The notes beneath the pieces are model-generated. The model was not told the DNA's origin. It saw nothing but the letters and a program-made list of their open reading frames with translations, and ran no database searches. A program made the position numbers and the translations under genes. 64,000 bases of DNA from contig JAIOYO010000008.1 in assembly GCA_021741075.1 (NCBI GenBank), positions 12,283 to 76,282 on the forward strand. The letters are read 5' to 3'. This document shows, in pieces, positions 1-9,536 of the stretch. Source of the DNA: Flavobacteriales bacterium (GTDB lineage Bacteria > Bacteroidota > Bacteroidia > UBA10329). Each line of letters opens with the position of its first letter. Positions within the stretch are counted from its first letter, which is position 1.

Positions 1-238
1 CTCCTAGTGCAAGAGCTTTTCTAATAACTGGGTCAGAAGTTGCGTCTCCAACGTTGATAACGGTAACCGAACCGCCACTTGTTTCGGTAAGTTCAAGTGC
101 GCGTACAAGCGCATACCATTCATCGTATGGGTTCACAATCCATTGGATTCCTTCTTCGTTGAATTTTGAATCTCCATCCGTGAAGGCAATCTTGGACGTG
201 GTATCAGGCACTTTGCTGATAGGTACTAAGATTTTCAT
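1..238 (-). CDS. etfB: Electron transfer flavoprotein beta subunit (5' part; runs off window edge)
   Basis: Not in the ORF track. Manual translation from ATG 238: MKILVPISKVPDTTSKIAFTDG...WIVNPYDEWYALVRALEL...IRKALALG, which carries the EtfB motifs K-VPD, NPYDE and RKALALG. Confidence 0.92.
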   Translation of the reverse strand, partial: MKILVPISKVPDTTSKIAFTDGDSKFNEEGIQWIVNPYDEWYALVRALELTETSGGSVTVINVGDATSDPVIRKALALG

Positions 239-552
239 GCTATATAAATTGAATTACTGTTTTCTAAAATCGAGCGCGAATTTAAGGATTAAGAAGTGGA
301 TTCTCTAGCTAAGTTTGGTCGGGTTAAGTATGCATTATTAACCATCAAAAAGAAGGATTGTTTTGATTTCAAGAAACTCGAGAACCGTTCCGTTCGAAAG
401 TACATTCGCCACTTTAATCTTGGTAATTGAGTAAAGTTTTATGGTACTTCTGTGTAATTACTTGTGCTAGATTCTTTTTCTGCTCCGTGTTTATTTGAAA
501 CAGAATAGTTTGTAATCTTATGGTGAGAAAACCAAATTAATACCAATAAAAC

Positions 553-1188
553 ATGCTAGTAGCTGGATTAGGAGGAAATTGTAAAGATGCGTTGATTGAT
601 ATGCTCAATCAGTTCGGTAAGGAAGGTGTTACCTTTTACACAGATGTAGCAGATGATGCCAATCTATCGTTTTTCAGAAAGCATGGCCTCCAATTGGCGG
701 TGGGGCCCGAGGAGGCAATTCGGCATTTTAAAAACAAAGGTCCAGAGTTTTTCTCCATCATTGGAAACAACCAGCATCGCGCCAATCAAGTGGCTAGACT
801 AGAGCAACTAGGAGGGAACCCCGTTTCGTATATCAGCACTACAGCCATGGTCAACAAGGATTTTTCTATTATATCGGACCGCAACGTAATCATTATGCAT
901 TATGCAAACATTAGTGCCGATGCCATTATTGACGAAGGCGCCATTATTTACGCCTATACCGCTATTGCGCATAATGTGCATGTAGGTAAGTATGTGTTTT
1001 TTAGCGCGCATTGCGCAGTAAGCAATGCCAGCATAGGCCAGTTTACTTTTGTTGGTCTCAATGCTATGATAAATCCTGGAGTAACCGTTGGAAGCAACTG
1101 CATAATTGGCGCCAATGCATACGTGAACAAGGATGTGCCAGATGGTGCAACAGCTTATGGTGTACCGGTAAAGATTAAGGTGCCATAA
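553..1188 (+). CDS. NeuD/PglD-family sugar O/N-acetyltransferase (hexapeptide repeat)
   Basis: N-terminal Rossmann-like LVAGLGG, IIGNNQHR, left-handed beta-helix repeats with IAHNVHVG, and C-terminal YGVPVK. Confidence 0.8.
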   Translation: MLVAGLGGNCKDALIDMLNQFGKEGVTFYTDVADDANLSFFRKHGLQLAVGPEEAIRHFKNKGPEFFSIIGNNQHRANQVARLEQLGGNPVSYISTTAMVNKDFSIISDRNVIIMHYANISADAIIDEGAIIYAYTAIAHNVHVGKYVFFSAHCAVSNASIGQFTFVGLNAMINPGVTVGSNCIIGANAYVNKDVPDGATAYGVPVKIKVP

Positions 1189-1291
1189 TTGCCCTTTTGC
1201 GGTGGTAGTTTTACGCGTTGATTGCGTACCTAAACGGTCTAGGCATGTATAGTGACGGCACTGCTGTCCACGGTTGACGGGGAGGTTCTAA

Positions 1292-2380
1292 TTACCCTTC
1301 GCCCGTCAGGGCCTTTACCACTTTAAACTGGTTGAAGAACTCGCCAACAAACACGCGGCCAATGCTGTAGGTGGGCACGGCTAGAATCATCCCGGCAATG
1401 CCAGCTACGTTTCCGGCCATAAGAATAACGAGGAAAATCTCGAGCGGGTGTGCCTTTACGCTTTGCGAATAGATGTAGGGTTGCAACAGGAAATTGTCGA
1501 GCAACTGTGCGGCTGCGTACACGATAGACATTTGTCCGGCTAGGCTGAGCATTTGGGCCACATCGAGCCCTTCGGCATTGGTGGTTAGCCCAATAGTAAT
1601 ACCTACGGCTGCACCAATAATTGGCCCCACGTAGGGAATCACGTTAAACAGGCCGGCAATGAACCCAATGAGGATGGCATTATCTATTCCAACTATGGCT
1701 AATCCAACGGAAACGATGGCCATAACGATGGCTACTTCGATAATGACACCGATGAAGTAACGGGTGAGGAGTTCTTTGCTTTTGTGCAGGACTTTGCCAA
1801 TACGTTCTTCATACTCATTGGGCACTAGGGTCATAATCATGTTCTTGAAAAGTCCTTTGTCTTTGAGAAAAAAGAATGTGATGAAGGTGATGGCAAAAAA
1901 GGCGATAAAGATGTCGCCCGTGAGGCCGAGCGCGTACTGCACGCTATCGCCCACGGCAGAAATATCGAATAGGTTGGTGAGTAGTTTTTTGAGTTCCAAC
2001 TCAAGCACAATGGGTGCTTCGGTTAGGTTGTATTGATTGATGTAATCCTGCGCCAGTTGAATTGGTCCTTGAATATTGGCGAGGGTTTCTTCTACACTTA
2101 CGTTAGAGAGTTTGCGCGCCTCATCTGCCACCATCGGAATAATGGCGCTGATGATGCCTCCGAAGAAGGAAAGCAATCCGAGGATAGTAAGAGTGGCGGC
2201 CAATGCACGCGGCATTTTCCTTCCTTTTATTTCCAGATTAACGAGGAAACGAATAATGGGCTCACCGATAAGCGAAATGACTCCTGCCACCAAAATGTAG
2301 GCTATTATGGTATGGAAATACCATGCAAGCACCAAAAGGAGTAGGAGAATGGGAAGGTAGATCCAGTTGCGGTTTTTCAT
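1292..2380 (-). CDS. AI-2E family transporter
   Basis: Multi-TM protein with FFFLKD, IPYVGP, QLLDNFLLQP, HPLEI and GMILAVP motifs. Confidence 0.9.
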   Translation of the reverse strand: MKNRNWIYLPILLLLLVLAWYFHTIIAYILVAGVISLIGEPIIRFLVNLEIKGRKMPRALAATLTILGLLSFFGGIISAIIPMVADEARKLSNVSVEETLANIQGPIQLAQDYINQYNLTEAPIVLELELKKLLTNLFDISAVGDSVQYALGLTGDIFIAFFAITFITFFFLKDKGLFKNMIMTLVPNEYEERIGKVLHKSKELLTRYFIGVIIEVAIVMAIVSVGLAIVGIDNAILIGFIAGLFNVIPYVGPIIGAAVGITIGLTTNAEGLDVAQMLSLAGQMSIVYAAAQLLDNFLLQPYIYSQSVKAHPLEIFLVILMAGNVAGIAGMILAVPTYSIGRVFVGEFFNQFKVVKALTGEG

Positions 2381-2392
2381 TGGGAAATTGAT

Positions 2393-2517
2393 TTAACCGC
2401 AAAGACGCGGAGGTTTTTACGCGGAGAGCGCAAAGGTCAAGAAAGTGATTAAAACGAAAAAGCGCAAAGCTCTGCGAAGGAATTCCTTTGCGAAAGCTTT
2501 GCGCTCTTTGCGGTTAA
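2393..2517. repeat. Inverted-repeat element built from CGCAAAG units
   Basis: 13-bp terminal IR TTAACCGCAAAGA (2393-2405) / TCTTTGCGGTTAA (2505-2517); nested IR AGCGCAAAGCT (2461-2471) / AGCTTTGCGCT (2495-2505). Confidence 0.8.
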
Positions 2518-2524
2518 GAATAAT

Positions 2525-4642
2525 TTAATCTACCGACTGATGCAGGAACTCGTTACCATCGCTCAATCCGCCACGTCTGTTGCCGTTCTCATCGGTTTGG
2601 TCTGTGTCGCGCACATCAAAACGTGTAACAGAACTTTCAGATGAATGAGGTGTGTCGTTCAGGTTTACGTTGCGTCTTTTAAAAGCAGGAACGTTTTCCA
2701 ATTCGGCCAAGTTGCTTGGCGAGCGGAAACGCTGGTTCATGTTTCTTAGACGCTCCATTCTTTCTGCCTGCTTACGTTGCATTTCCTCGGTATCTATTCC
2801 GTTATCAAAACGGTTTTCGATTGGCTCTGTACGGGTAATGAGTTTTGGCTGTTCGGAAAGTCCGTTTCCGAATGTCTTTTCGGCAGCAACAGGCTCATCA
2901 TCATACAAACCGAAAGTTTTGGTTTCGTCCTTGGCATTTGGAAGGTCGGCTTTTAATTCGAATTCAAATTCGGTAGCTGTTTCTGTGGTGATGATGTCGT
3001 CATCTACATTATCGTCCTCTTCAACCAATGCAAACAGATCTTTGGTAATCTCCGAAGCAGGTCGTCCTTTAAATAAGGTGAAGGGTGGTACTTCGGTTTC
3101 ATCTTCAACTTCCTCGGTATTTTCCATTACGGGAAGTTCGTTCACTTCTGTTTCTGAATTTAGTTCGAGGTCAGTTTTGGCAAGAATGGCAAGGTTAGCG
3201 TCTAACTCACCAGTCATTTCAAATTCGCTGCCATCATCATCATCTTCGTCTTCATCGTTGTAAAGCGGAAATTCTTCGCCATCCTTTATGCCAATCATTT
3301 CGGGAGCTTCTGCATCGAGCAACGCGTTTAGTTCGGCATCAGTTTCATCCACCTTAAACGCCATGATAGAAGCCTTCACTTCTTCGATGCTATCGTCTAA
3401 AAGAGAATGTTTGATGACTGGAGTTTCGGCAATTGGCTCCATCTTCATGTTAGTTGAAGGCGTGGTCAATTCATCCGTTGTATTCAAGGTTGTGTTCGGA
3501 GTAGAATTGAAAAGAACTGGCCGCTGCGTAAGCCCAGCAGGTATGGAGGATCTCTGCTCAGGTGCTTGCGTTGGCGCAGTAGTTTGGGCCTTAGGAGTTT
3601 CTACTCTTGTTGGACGATTGTACAAATCGTGCTTAATAACGTTCTCCTTTCCAGTTACTTTCTCTAGTTTCTCCCCAGAAAAACCAGTTGCAATAACGGT
3701 AAGCGTAAGCTTATCGCCAAGCTCTTCATCGGTGCCGTTACCCCAAATAACATCGGCATCCATACCTGCTTCTTCCTGAATGTAATCGGTTATTTCAGCA
3801 ACCTCATCCATTGTGACTTCTTCCAATCCAGAGCTAATGTACAGGAGGATGTTGCTAGCTCCGTAAATGTTATTGTCGTTGAGAAGAGGAGAGGCCAACG
3901 CCTGCTCTACAGCTTTAATGGCACGGTCTGGGCCAGAAGTAGTTGCTGATCCCATGATGGCCACGCCTGAGCTTGTCATAACGGTACGAACGTCTTCAAA
4001 ATCCACGTTCACGTAACCCTCCACCGTGATGATTTCGGCAATGCCTTTGGCGGCAATGGTTAACACATCATCGGCCTGTCCGAAAGCTTCGCTAAGTTTC
4101 AGATTTCCGTACATCTCGCGCAGCTTGTCGTTTGAGATTATGAGCACGGTATCTACGTGTTTCTTTAATTCTTCCAAACCGTAATCGGCTTGCATCTTTC
4201 GCTTTTTTCCTTCAAATCCGAACGGAATTGTGACGATACCCACGGTCAGGATTCCCTGCTCGCGTGCCGCTTCCGCAATAACGGGGGCAGCACCTGTTCC
4301 TGTTCCACCACCCATACCTGCAGTAATGAAAACCATTTTGGTATCTGGACCAAGGATTTCCTTGATGTCGTCTAAGTTTTCGATAGCCGCATTACGGCCC
4401 ACTTCGGCCTGTGCTCCTGCACCGCGACCTTCTGTTAGGCTAGAGCCCAACGCAATCTTCTTCGGCACAGGACTCATGTCCAACGCTTGCTGGTCCGTAT
4501 TACAGACTACGAAGTCTACACCTCGAATGCCTTGTTTGTACATGTGGTTTACAGCATTTGAGCCGCCACCACCTACTCCGATCACTTTGATGATCGAGGT
4601 TTCCTCTTTGGGGAGATTGAAATTCATCATTTCCTTAGCCAT
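2525..4642 (-). CDS. ftsZ: Cell division protein FtsZ with long acidic linker
   Basis: GVGGGGSNAV, tubulin signature GMGGGTGTG, VNVDFEDV, and C-terminal peptide VPAFKRR. Confidence 0.99.
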   Translation of the reverse strand: MAKEMMNFNLPKEETSIIKVIGVGGGGSNAVNHMYKQGIRGVDFVVCNTDQQALDMSPVPKKIALGSSLTEGRGAGAQAEVGRNAAIENLDDIKEILGPDTKMVFITAGMGGGTGTGAAPVIAEAAREQGILTVGIVTIPFGFEGKKRKMQADYGLEELKKHVDTVLIISNDKLREMYGNLKLSEAFGQADDVLTIAAKGIAEIITVEGYVNVDFEDVRTVMTSSGVAIMGSATTSGPDRAIKAVEQALASPLLNDNNIYGASNILLYISSGLEEVTMDEVAEITDYIQEEAGMDADVIWGNGTDEELGDKLTLTVIATGFSGEKLEKVTGKENVIKHDLYNRPTRVETPKAQTTAPTQAPEQRSSIPAGLTQRPVLFNSTPNTTLNTTDELTTPSTNMKMEPIAETPVIKHSLLDDSIEEVKASIMAFKVDETDAELNALLDAEAPEMIGIKDGEEFPLYNDEDEDDDDGSEFEMTGELDANLAILAKTDLELNSETEVNELPVMENTEEVEDETEVPPFTLFKGRPASEITKDLFALVEEDDNVDDDIITTETATEFEFELKADLPNAKDETKTFGLYDDEPVAAEKTFGNGLSEQPKLITRTEPIENRFDNGIDTEEMQRKQAERMERLRNMNQRFRSPSNLAELENVPAFKRRNVNLNDTPHSSESSVTRFDVRDTDQTDENGNRRGGLSDGNEFLHQSVD

Positions 4643-4747
4643 GTTTCCTCCGATTTATGGTTAGTATTAATTATTTGGGTTTCTATTCAGGTTGTAGGCT
4701 TCGTGCCTAACGTTATTCTTTTTTCGTTTTCTCTTTATTCCTTGGAA

Positions 4748-6139
4748 TTAATCAATTCCTTCGTTCATCCACTTCTCTAGCTTGCTCTTGAAGTTTGCTA
4801 GGCCGCCAAAAACGCTGCTTCCGCTTTTTTCTTCTGCCACTTCGCGCGCCACTTCTTCTGCTTCGGTGATAGTATTCTTTGGTTCTTCCACTTCTACTGC
4901 CTTCGGAACTTCTTTTTTAACGATGGGTGTGCCTTCTCGGCCTTCCGCCCAATCATCAACGGTCAGTCCGCGCGCAGCTAGTTCATCTCTAAATTCTAGT
5001 CCTTTCATTACCAACCCAACACCAGTTGAGAAGATGGGGCTGGTAACTTCCTCAGAATTGCCACTGGCAAGATGTTCGTTCGGGAAACCGACACGCACAT
5101 CCATTCCCGTTACGTATTCCATCAGTTGCGGAAGGTGTTTCAGCATGGCGCCACCACCCGTCACCACGATTCCGCCAATGAGTTTTTTCTCGTAGCCAGA
5201 ATTCTTAATCTCGTAATACACGTGCTCAATAATTTCTTCCATTCGAGCTTGAATGATGCTCGCTAGATTCTTCAGGCTGATTTCTCTCGGCTCACGTCCT
5301 CTCAAACCAGGAATAGAAACGATTTCGTTGTCTTTTGCCTCAGTTGCCAATGCCGAACCGAACTTCACTTTCAGCAATTCCGCTTGATGCTTGATAATGG
5401 TGCAGCCTTCTTTGATGTCTTCCGAAATGATGTTTCCACCAAATGGAATTACAGCCGTATGGCGAATGATATTGTCTTGGAAGATGGCAATGTCGGTTGT
5501 TCCACCACCGATATCAACCAGCACAACTCCAGCTTCCATTTCTTCATCATTAAGAACGGCAGCCGAAGAGGCCAATGGCTCCAGAATCAATTCTGTCACC
5601 TGCAAGCCAGCTTTGTGGGCGCAACGGTGGATGTTCTTTCCAGCGGCAACCTGTCCCGTGATGATGTGGAAATTGGCCTCTAAACGGATGCCGCTCATTC
5701 CCACAGGGTTCTTAATTCCCTGCTCGTTATCCACAATATACTCTTGCGGAAGCACGTGAATAATCTCCTCACCAGGAAGCATTTGGAGCTTGTACATATC
5801 GCGGATGAGATTGCGAACGTCCTCTTTGCTTATCTCCGTATCCAGCGAGTCGCGCGTGTAAATACCACGGTGCTGCAACGACTTGATGTGCTGACCCGCG
5901 ATACCGACATTCACATACTTGATCTCGATTCCCGTCTTATTCTCGGCCTCTTCCACGGCAGTTTTTATCGACTGAACCGTCATGTCGATGTTTGAAACAA
6001 CGCCACGGCTTACGCCCAACGATTCTGATTTACCGATACCAAGGATCTCAATCTTGCCATGCTCATCCCTGCGTCCAACGATGCAAGCAATCTTGGTTGT
6101 TCCGATGTCTAGTCCTACTACGATGTCTGAATTTTCCAT
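4748..6139 (-). CDS. ftsA: Cell division protein FtsA
   Basis: VGLDIGTTK, DIGGGTTD and VTGGGA actin-fold motifs; dcw position. Confidence 0.99.
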   Translation of the reverse strand: MENSDIVVGLDIGTTKIACIVGRRDEHGKIEILGIGKSESLGVSRGVVSNIDMTVQSIKTAVEEAENKTGIEIKYVNVGIAGQHIKSLQHRGIYTRDSLDTEISKEDVRNLIRDMYKLQMLPGEEIIHVLPQEYIVDNEQGIKNPVGMSGIRLEANFHIITGQVAAGKNIHRCAHKAGLQVTELILEPLASSAAVLNDEEMEAGVVLVDIGGGTTDIAIFQDNIIRHTAVIPFGGNIISEDIKEGCTIIKHQAELLKVKFGSALATEAKDNEIVSIPGLRGREPREISLKNLASIIQARMEEIIEHVYYEIKNSGYEKKLIGGIVVTGGGAMLKHLPQLMEYVTGMDVRVGFPNEHLASGNSEEVTSPIFSTGVGLVMKGLEFRDELAARGLTVDDWAEGREGTPIVKKEVPKAVEVEEPKNTITEAEEVAREVAEEKSGSSVFGGLANFKSKLEKWMNEGID

Positions 6140-6936
6140 TAGCTGTTCTTTTTGGTACAGATGACCTGGTCTTTGTATTTAAGGTTGATGTGAGAGTATT
6201 GGTCCCAGCCAGTTTTGTTAAGCCCTTTACGGTAGAAAAGGAGCAGTTTTTTGAATTTCTGTTCCATTTTGTCGATGTGTCCGAGCAGAATGTGGTGGTC
6301 GCCAACGGTCGGGATTAAGGTCAGTTCACCATTCGGTTCCACACGAATCTGCTGGATTTGTGCTTTCCAGAATTCATCGTTTCTGATGAACGTAGCGAGT
6401 TGGAACAGGTCGTCTAGTTTTGATCGCTGATTCATGCTATCCGTCATTTCCGCCACGTTGAAACGTAACATTTTAAACTGCTTGTCCATGATGAATCCGC
6501 TTGCAACTGGCACACGTGCTGTGTAGTTGTCGCTGGTCGGCATCACGTTTCCGTCTTTATCCAAATAATAGCTTTCGCCATACACGTTAAAAACGCGCAA
6601 AATTGGTTCGCGCTGATATACCTTCACTGCAAACACGCCATTGTGCTTGGTGTAAACCTCAGATCGTTTCACGGATGGATCGGCAGTAATCTGACGTTCG
6701 TAAACCGCAATTGGAATCGAAGTAATCGGCTTTCCAACCAAGCTATCTCCCTTGCTGAAAATGATGTCGAGCACATCATCGTTTGTCACGAAGAAGTTAC
6801 CTGCGTTGTTGTCCACCTCAATCTTGATGCTCTTGCATGGAATCTTATCCGATTCGCGTGCGCTGAACGCCAACGAAACGAACAATCCAGCTATGGCTAG
6901 AACCCAAACTGTTATATTTAGAATCTTACGAATCAT
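6139..6936 (-). CDS. ftsQ: Cell division protein FtsQ/DivIB
   Basis: N-terminal TM, POTRA-like region, C-terminal YSHINLKYKDQVIC; lies between murC and ftsA. Confidence 0.92.
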   Translation of the reverse strand: MIRKILNITVWVLAIAGLFVSLAFSARESDKIPCKSIKIEVDNNAGNFFVTNDDVLDIIFSKGDSLVGKPITSIPIAVYERQITADPSVKRSEVYTKHNGVFAVKVYQREPILRVFNVYGESYYLDKDGNVMPTSDNYTARVPVASGFIMDKQFKMLRFNVAEMTDSMNQRSKLDDLFQLATFIRNDEFWKAQIQQIRVEPNGELTLIPTVGDHHILLGHIDKMEQKFKKLLLFYRKGLNKTGWDQYSHINLKYKDQVICTKKNS

Positions 6937-8300
6937 GACAGCAGTTTCGATTTAATAGGTGAAACCAATTGGTCAATGTCGCCAGCTCCTAAGGTCAAAA
7001 GCACATCTGTGTTTTCCTTAGTAATCGAATCCAAAACAGCGGTTTTGCTCTGCAGATTCTTGTTCTTAGCTGTAATCTTCTCAAGCAGGACGGAAGAGGT
7101 AATTCCAGCAATGGGTTCTTCCCGTGCTGGATAAATTTCAAGCAAGGTCACTTCGTCCAACGCACTCAACGAATGCGCGAATTCCTCCATGTGATCTTTC
7201 GTTCTGCTGAAAAGATGCGGCTGAAAAACAGCTTTCACTTTTCTTCCTGGAAAAAGTTCGCGAACGGAATTCACGCAAGCGGAAATCTCTGTTGGGTGAT
7301 GTGCGTAATCATCAATATAAACGAGTTTATCCGTGTTGATGTGCACTTCAAATCTGCGTTTCACTCCTTTGTAAGTTGCAAAGCCAATTCTGATTTCGTC
7401 TTCCGATAAACCAAGTTGGCTAACTGCTGCGAAAGCTGCTACTGCATTCTCCACGTTATGCAATCCTGGCATTCCGAATTTCAAGTCCTTTATCATTCCC
7501 GAAGGAGAATGAAGATTGAATTTGTATTGACCCGATTCGATGGAAAGACTGGAGGTGTAGTAATCCGAATTTTCGCTCAGTGAATAGGTGAAATGCTTCT
7601 TTTTCGTGTCGCTGAAAGGAAGTCCGAGACGATAGATTAGTGTTCCATCAGCCGTTATCTTTTCCGTGAATTCATGGAATGATTTCAGCATTTCATCGGC
7701 AGATCCGTAGATGTCCAAATGGTCAGCATCAACCGAGGTGACAATGGCAATATCTGGCGAAAGCGTCAGGAACGAACGGTCGAATTCATCCGCCTCAACC
7801 ACCATCAAATTACTGCTTGCAGATGTGAGCAGGTTCGTGTTGTAGTTCGAGCTTATTCCGCCCAAGAAAGCATTGCAATCCTTTGAAGATGATTTCAACA
7901 GATGTGCAATGATGGAACTGGTAGTTGTTTTGCCATGTGTTCCAGCCACCGCAACTGTATTGTACGTTTTTGAGAGCTCGCCCAAAACCTGGGAGCGTTT
8001 CAGAACTTCAAAACCGTTGTTGCGGAAATAATTCAATTCTGAATGATTGGCAGGAACCGCTGGCGTGTAAATGACCAATGTAGTTTCAGCATTCTTGAAT
8101 TCAGCAGGAACGGCATTCACATTATCCTCAAAACGAACCGAAATACCAGCTGCTTCAAGCTCCTTGGTCAAGTCGGTTGGAGTTTTATCGTAGCCACCAA
8201 CCATCTTGCCCTGTGCAGCAAAATAACGCGCAAGGCCGCTCATCCCAATACCACCGATACCGATCAAATAGACAGCTTGTATGTTGGTCAATCCTTTCAT
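6933..8300 (-). CDS. murC: UDP-N-acetylmuramate--L-alanine ligase
   Basis: GIGGIGMSGLA, AGTHGKTTTS, EADEFDRSF, DDYAHHP, FQPHLFSRT. Confidence 0.99.
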   Translation of the reverse strand: MKGLTNIQAVYLIGIGGIGMSGLARYFAAQGKMVGGYDKTPTDLTKELEAAGISVRFEDNVNAVPAEFKNAETTLVIYTPAVPANHSELNYFRNNGFEVLKRSQVLGELSKTYNTVAVAGTHGKTTTSSIIAHLLKSSSKDCNAFLGGISSNYNTNLLTSASSNLMVVEADEFDRSFLTLSPDIAIVTSVDADHLDIYGSADEMLKSFHEFTEKITADGTLIYRLGLPFSDTKKKHFTYSLSENSDYYTSSLSIESGQYKFNLHSPSGMIKDLKFGMPGLHNVENAVAAFAAVSQLGLSEDEIRIGFATYKGVKRRFEVHINTDKLVYIDDYAHHPTEISACVNSVRELFPGRKVKAVFQPHLFSRTKDHMEEFAHSLSALDEVTLLEIYPAREEPIAGITSSVLLEKITAKNKNLQSKTAVLDSITKENTDVLLTLGAGDIDQLVSPIKSKLLS

Positions 8301-9463
8301 GCCGCTTTCGCCAGTTTTAGGATTTCCTTCGCGATGTCTTCGTCCGCATTTGGTAGCGCCAACTTTTGGATATTCAATCGGAATTTGGCCTGTGTTGCTT
8401 CGTCAGAAAGCAGTTTCAGCGTTTCTTCGCAGGCTCTTGCGCCAGCTTCGTTGTCGGGTACGAGAATGGCTGCATCCACATCTACCAACGCTTGTGCATT
8501 TTTGGTCTGATGGTCTTCTGCTGCAAATGGGAACGGCACCAGAACCGAAGGCTTGCTCACGATACAGAGTTCCGAAATGGAGCTCGCGCCAGCTCGCGAA
8601 AGCACGACATCCGCAACCGCGTAAGCTTGATCCATTGTATAGATGAAATCGGAAACGAAGAAGTTCGTTGCATTGGCATCGGCAACGGCTTTCTTGGCTT
8701 CCTCAATGAAGAGTTTGCCCGTTTGCCAAACCACTTGCACGTCTGCCTGTTTGAAATCTTCGATATGGGATTTCACAGCCAGATTGATGGAGCGAGCGCC
8801 CAGACTTCCACCGATCACTAAAAGCGTTTTCTTACCTGGGTCAAGGTTGAATGTCTTTTGGCCCAACTCGCGTTTTCCTTCCAAATTCAAAATATCCTGA
8901 CGAACGGGATTTCCGGTTTGGATAATGTTTTTTGCTGGGAAGAATTTATCCATTCCATCATACGCCACACAGACTTTCTTGGCTCTTGCTCCCAGTAGTT
9001 TATTTGTAATTCCCGCATAAGAGTTCTGCTCTTGAATGACGGTGGGGATGGCTTTGATACTTGCTGCGTACATTACTGGTCCAGAAGCAAAACCGCCCAC
9101 GCCTACTACCACGTTCGGTTGGTACTCCTTGATAATCTTTAGCGACTTCAGTAGGCTTCCGACCAGTTTGAATGGGAATGCCAGGTTCTTAAGCATATTG
9201 CTGCGATTCAGTCCCGCAATATTGAGCCCGATGATTTGGTAACCAGCCGCAGGAACCTTCTCCATCTCCATCTTGCCCAATGCACCTACGAAAAGAATTT
9301 CTACATCCGATTGAAGTTTCTTCAGGGCATTCGCAATCGCAATGGCAGGGAAGATGTGTCCGCCCGTGCCGCCTCCAGAGATAATTACACGAACACCCTG
9401 AGCAGCCCTCCTGCCCCCCGAAGAGGGGTGAGGCGCAAATTGTATGTTTTTGCGATTATCCAT
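8297..9463 (-). CDS. murG: Undecaprenyl-PP-MurNAc-pentapeptide GlcNAc transferase
   Basis: GGGTGGHIFP, GGSLGA, SRAGA, DHQTKNA. Start reassigned to ATG 9463, which overlaps the ftsW stop (ATGGATAA). Confidence 0.97.
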   Translation of the reverse strand: MDNRKNIQFAPHPSSGGRRAAQGVRVIISGGGTGGHIFPAIAIANALKKLQSDVEILFVGALGKMEMEKVPAAGYQIIGLNIAGLNRSNMLKNLAFPFKLVGSLLKSLKIIKEYQPNVVVGVGGFASGPVMYAASIKAIPTVIQEQNSYAGITNKLLGARAKKVCVAYDGMDKFFPAKNIIQTGNPVRQDILNLEGKRELGQKTFNLDPGKKTLLVIGGSLGARSINLAVKSHIEDFKQADVQVVWQTGKLFIEEAKKAVADANATNFFVSDFIYTMDQAYAVADVVLSRAGASSISELCIVSKPSVLVPFPFAAEDHQTKNAQALVDVDAAILVPDNEAGARACEETLKLLSDEATQAKFRLNIQKLALPNADEDIAKEILKLAKAA

Positions 9464-9536
9464 TTGCGACTTGTAAATCCGACATGTCTGTTTCGGCCGC
9501 TTCCGAGGCACTTCCCCCTTTGGGGGATGAGGGGGC
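9405..9536. repeat. G/C-run palindromic (REP-like) element spanning the ftsW-murG junction
   Basis: Arms GCCCTCCTGCCCCCCGAAGAGGGG (9405-9428) and CCCCCTTTGGGGGATGAGGGGGC (9514-9536) are imperfectly complementary and each contains its own hairpin. Confidence 0.75.

Noticed and set aside
54-308. 84-aa + strand ORF
   Set aside because: Antisense to etfB.
2700-3650. Very long acidic FtsZ linker (705 aa total)
   Set aside because: Long disordered FtsZ linkers are usual in Flavobacteriales; no intein or discrete repeat is visible.
2652-3779. Long Ser-rich + strand ORFs (203 and 163 aa) and similar antisense ORFs throughout the window
   Set aside because: They are shadows of real genes on the opposite strand; acidic codons read as Ser/Phe in reverse.
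4693-4711. Small hairpin TAGGC-ttcgt-GCCTA between ftsA and ftsZ
   Set aside because: A 5-bp stem is too short to support a call.
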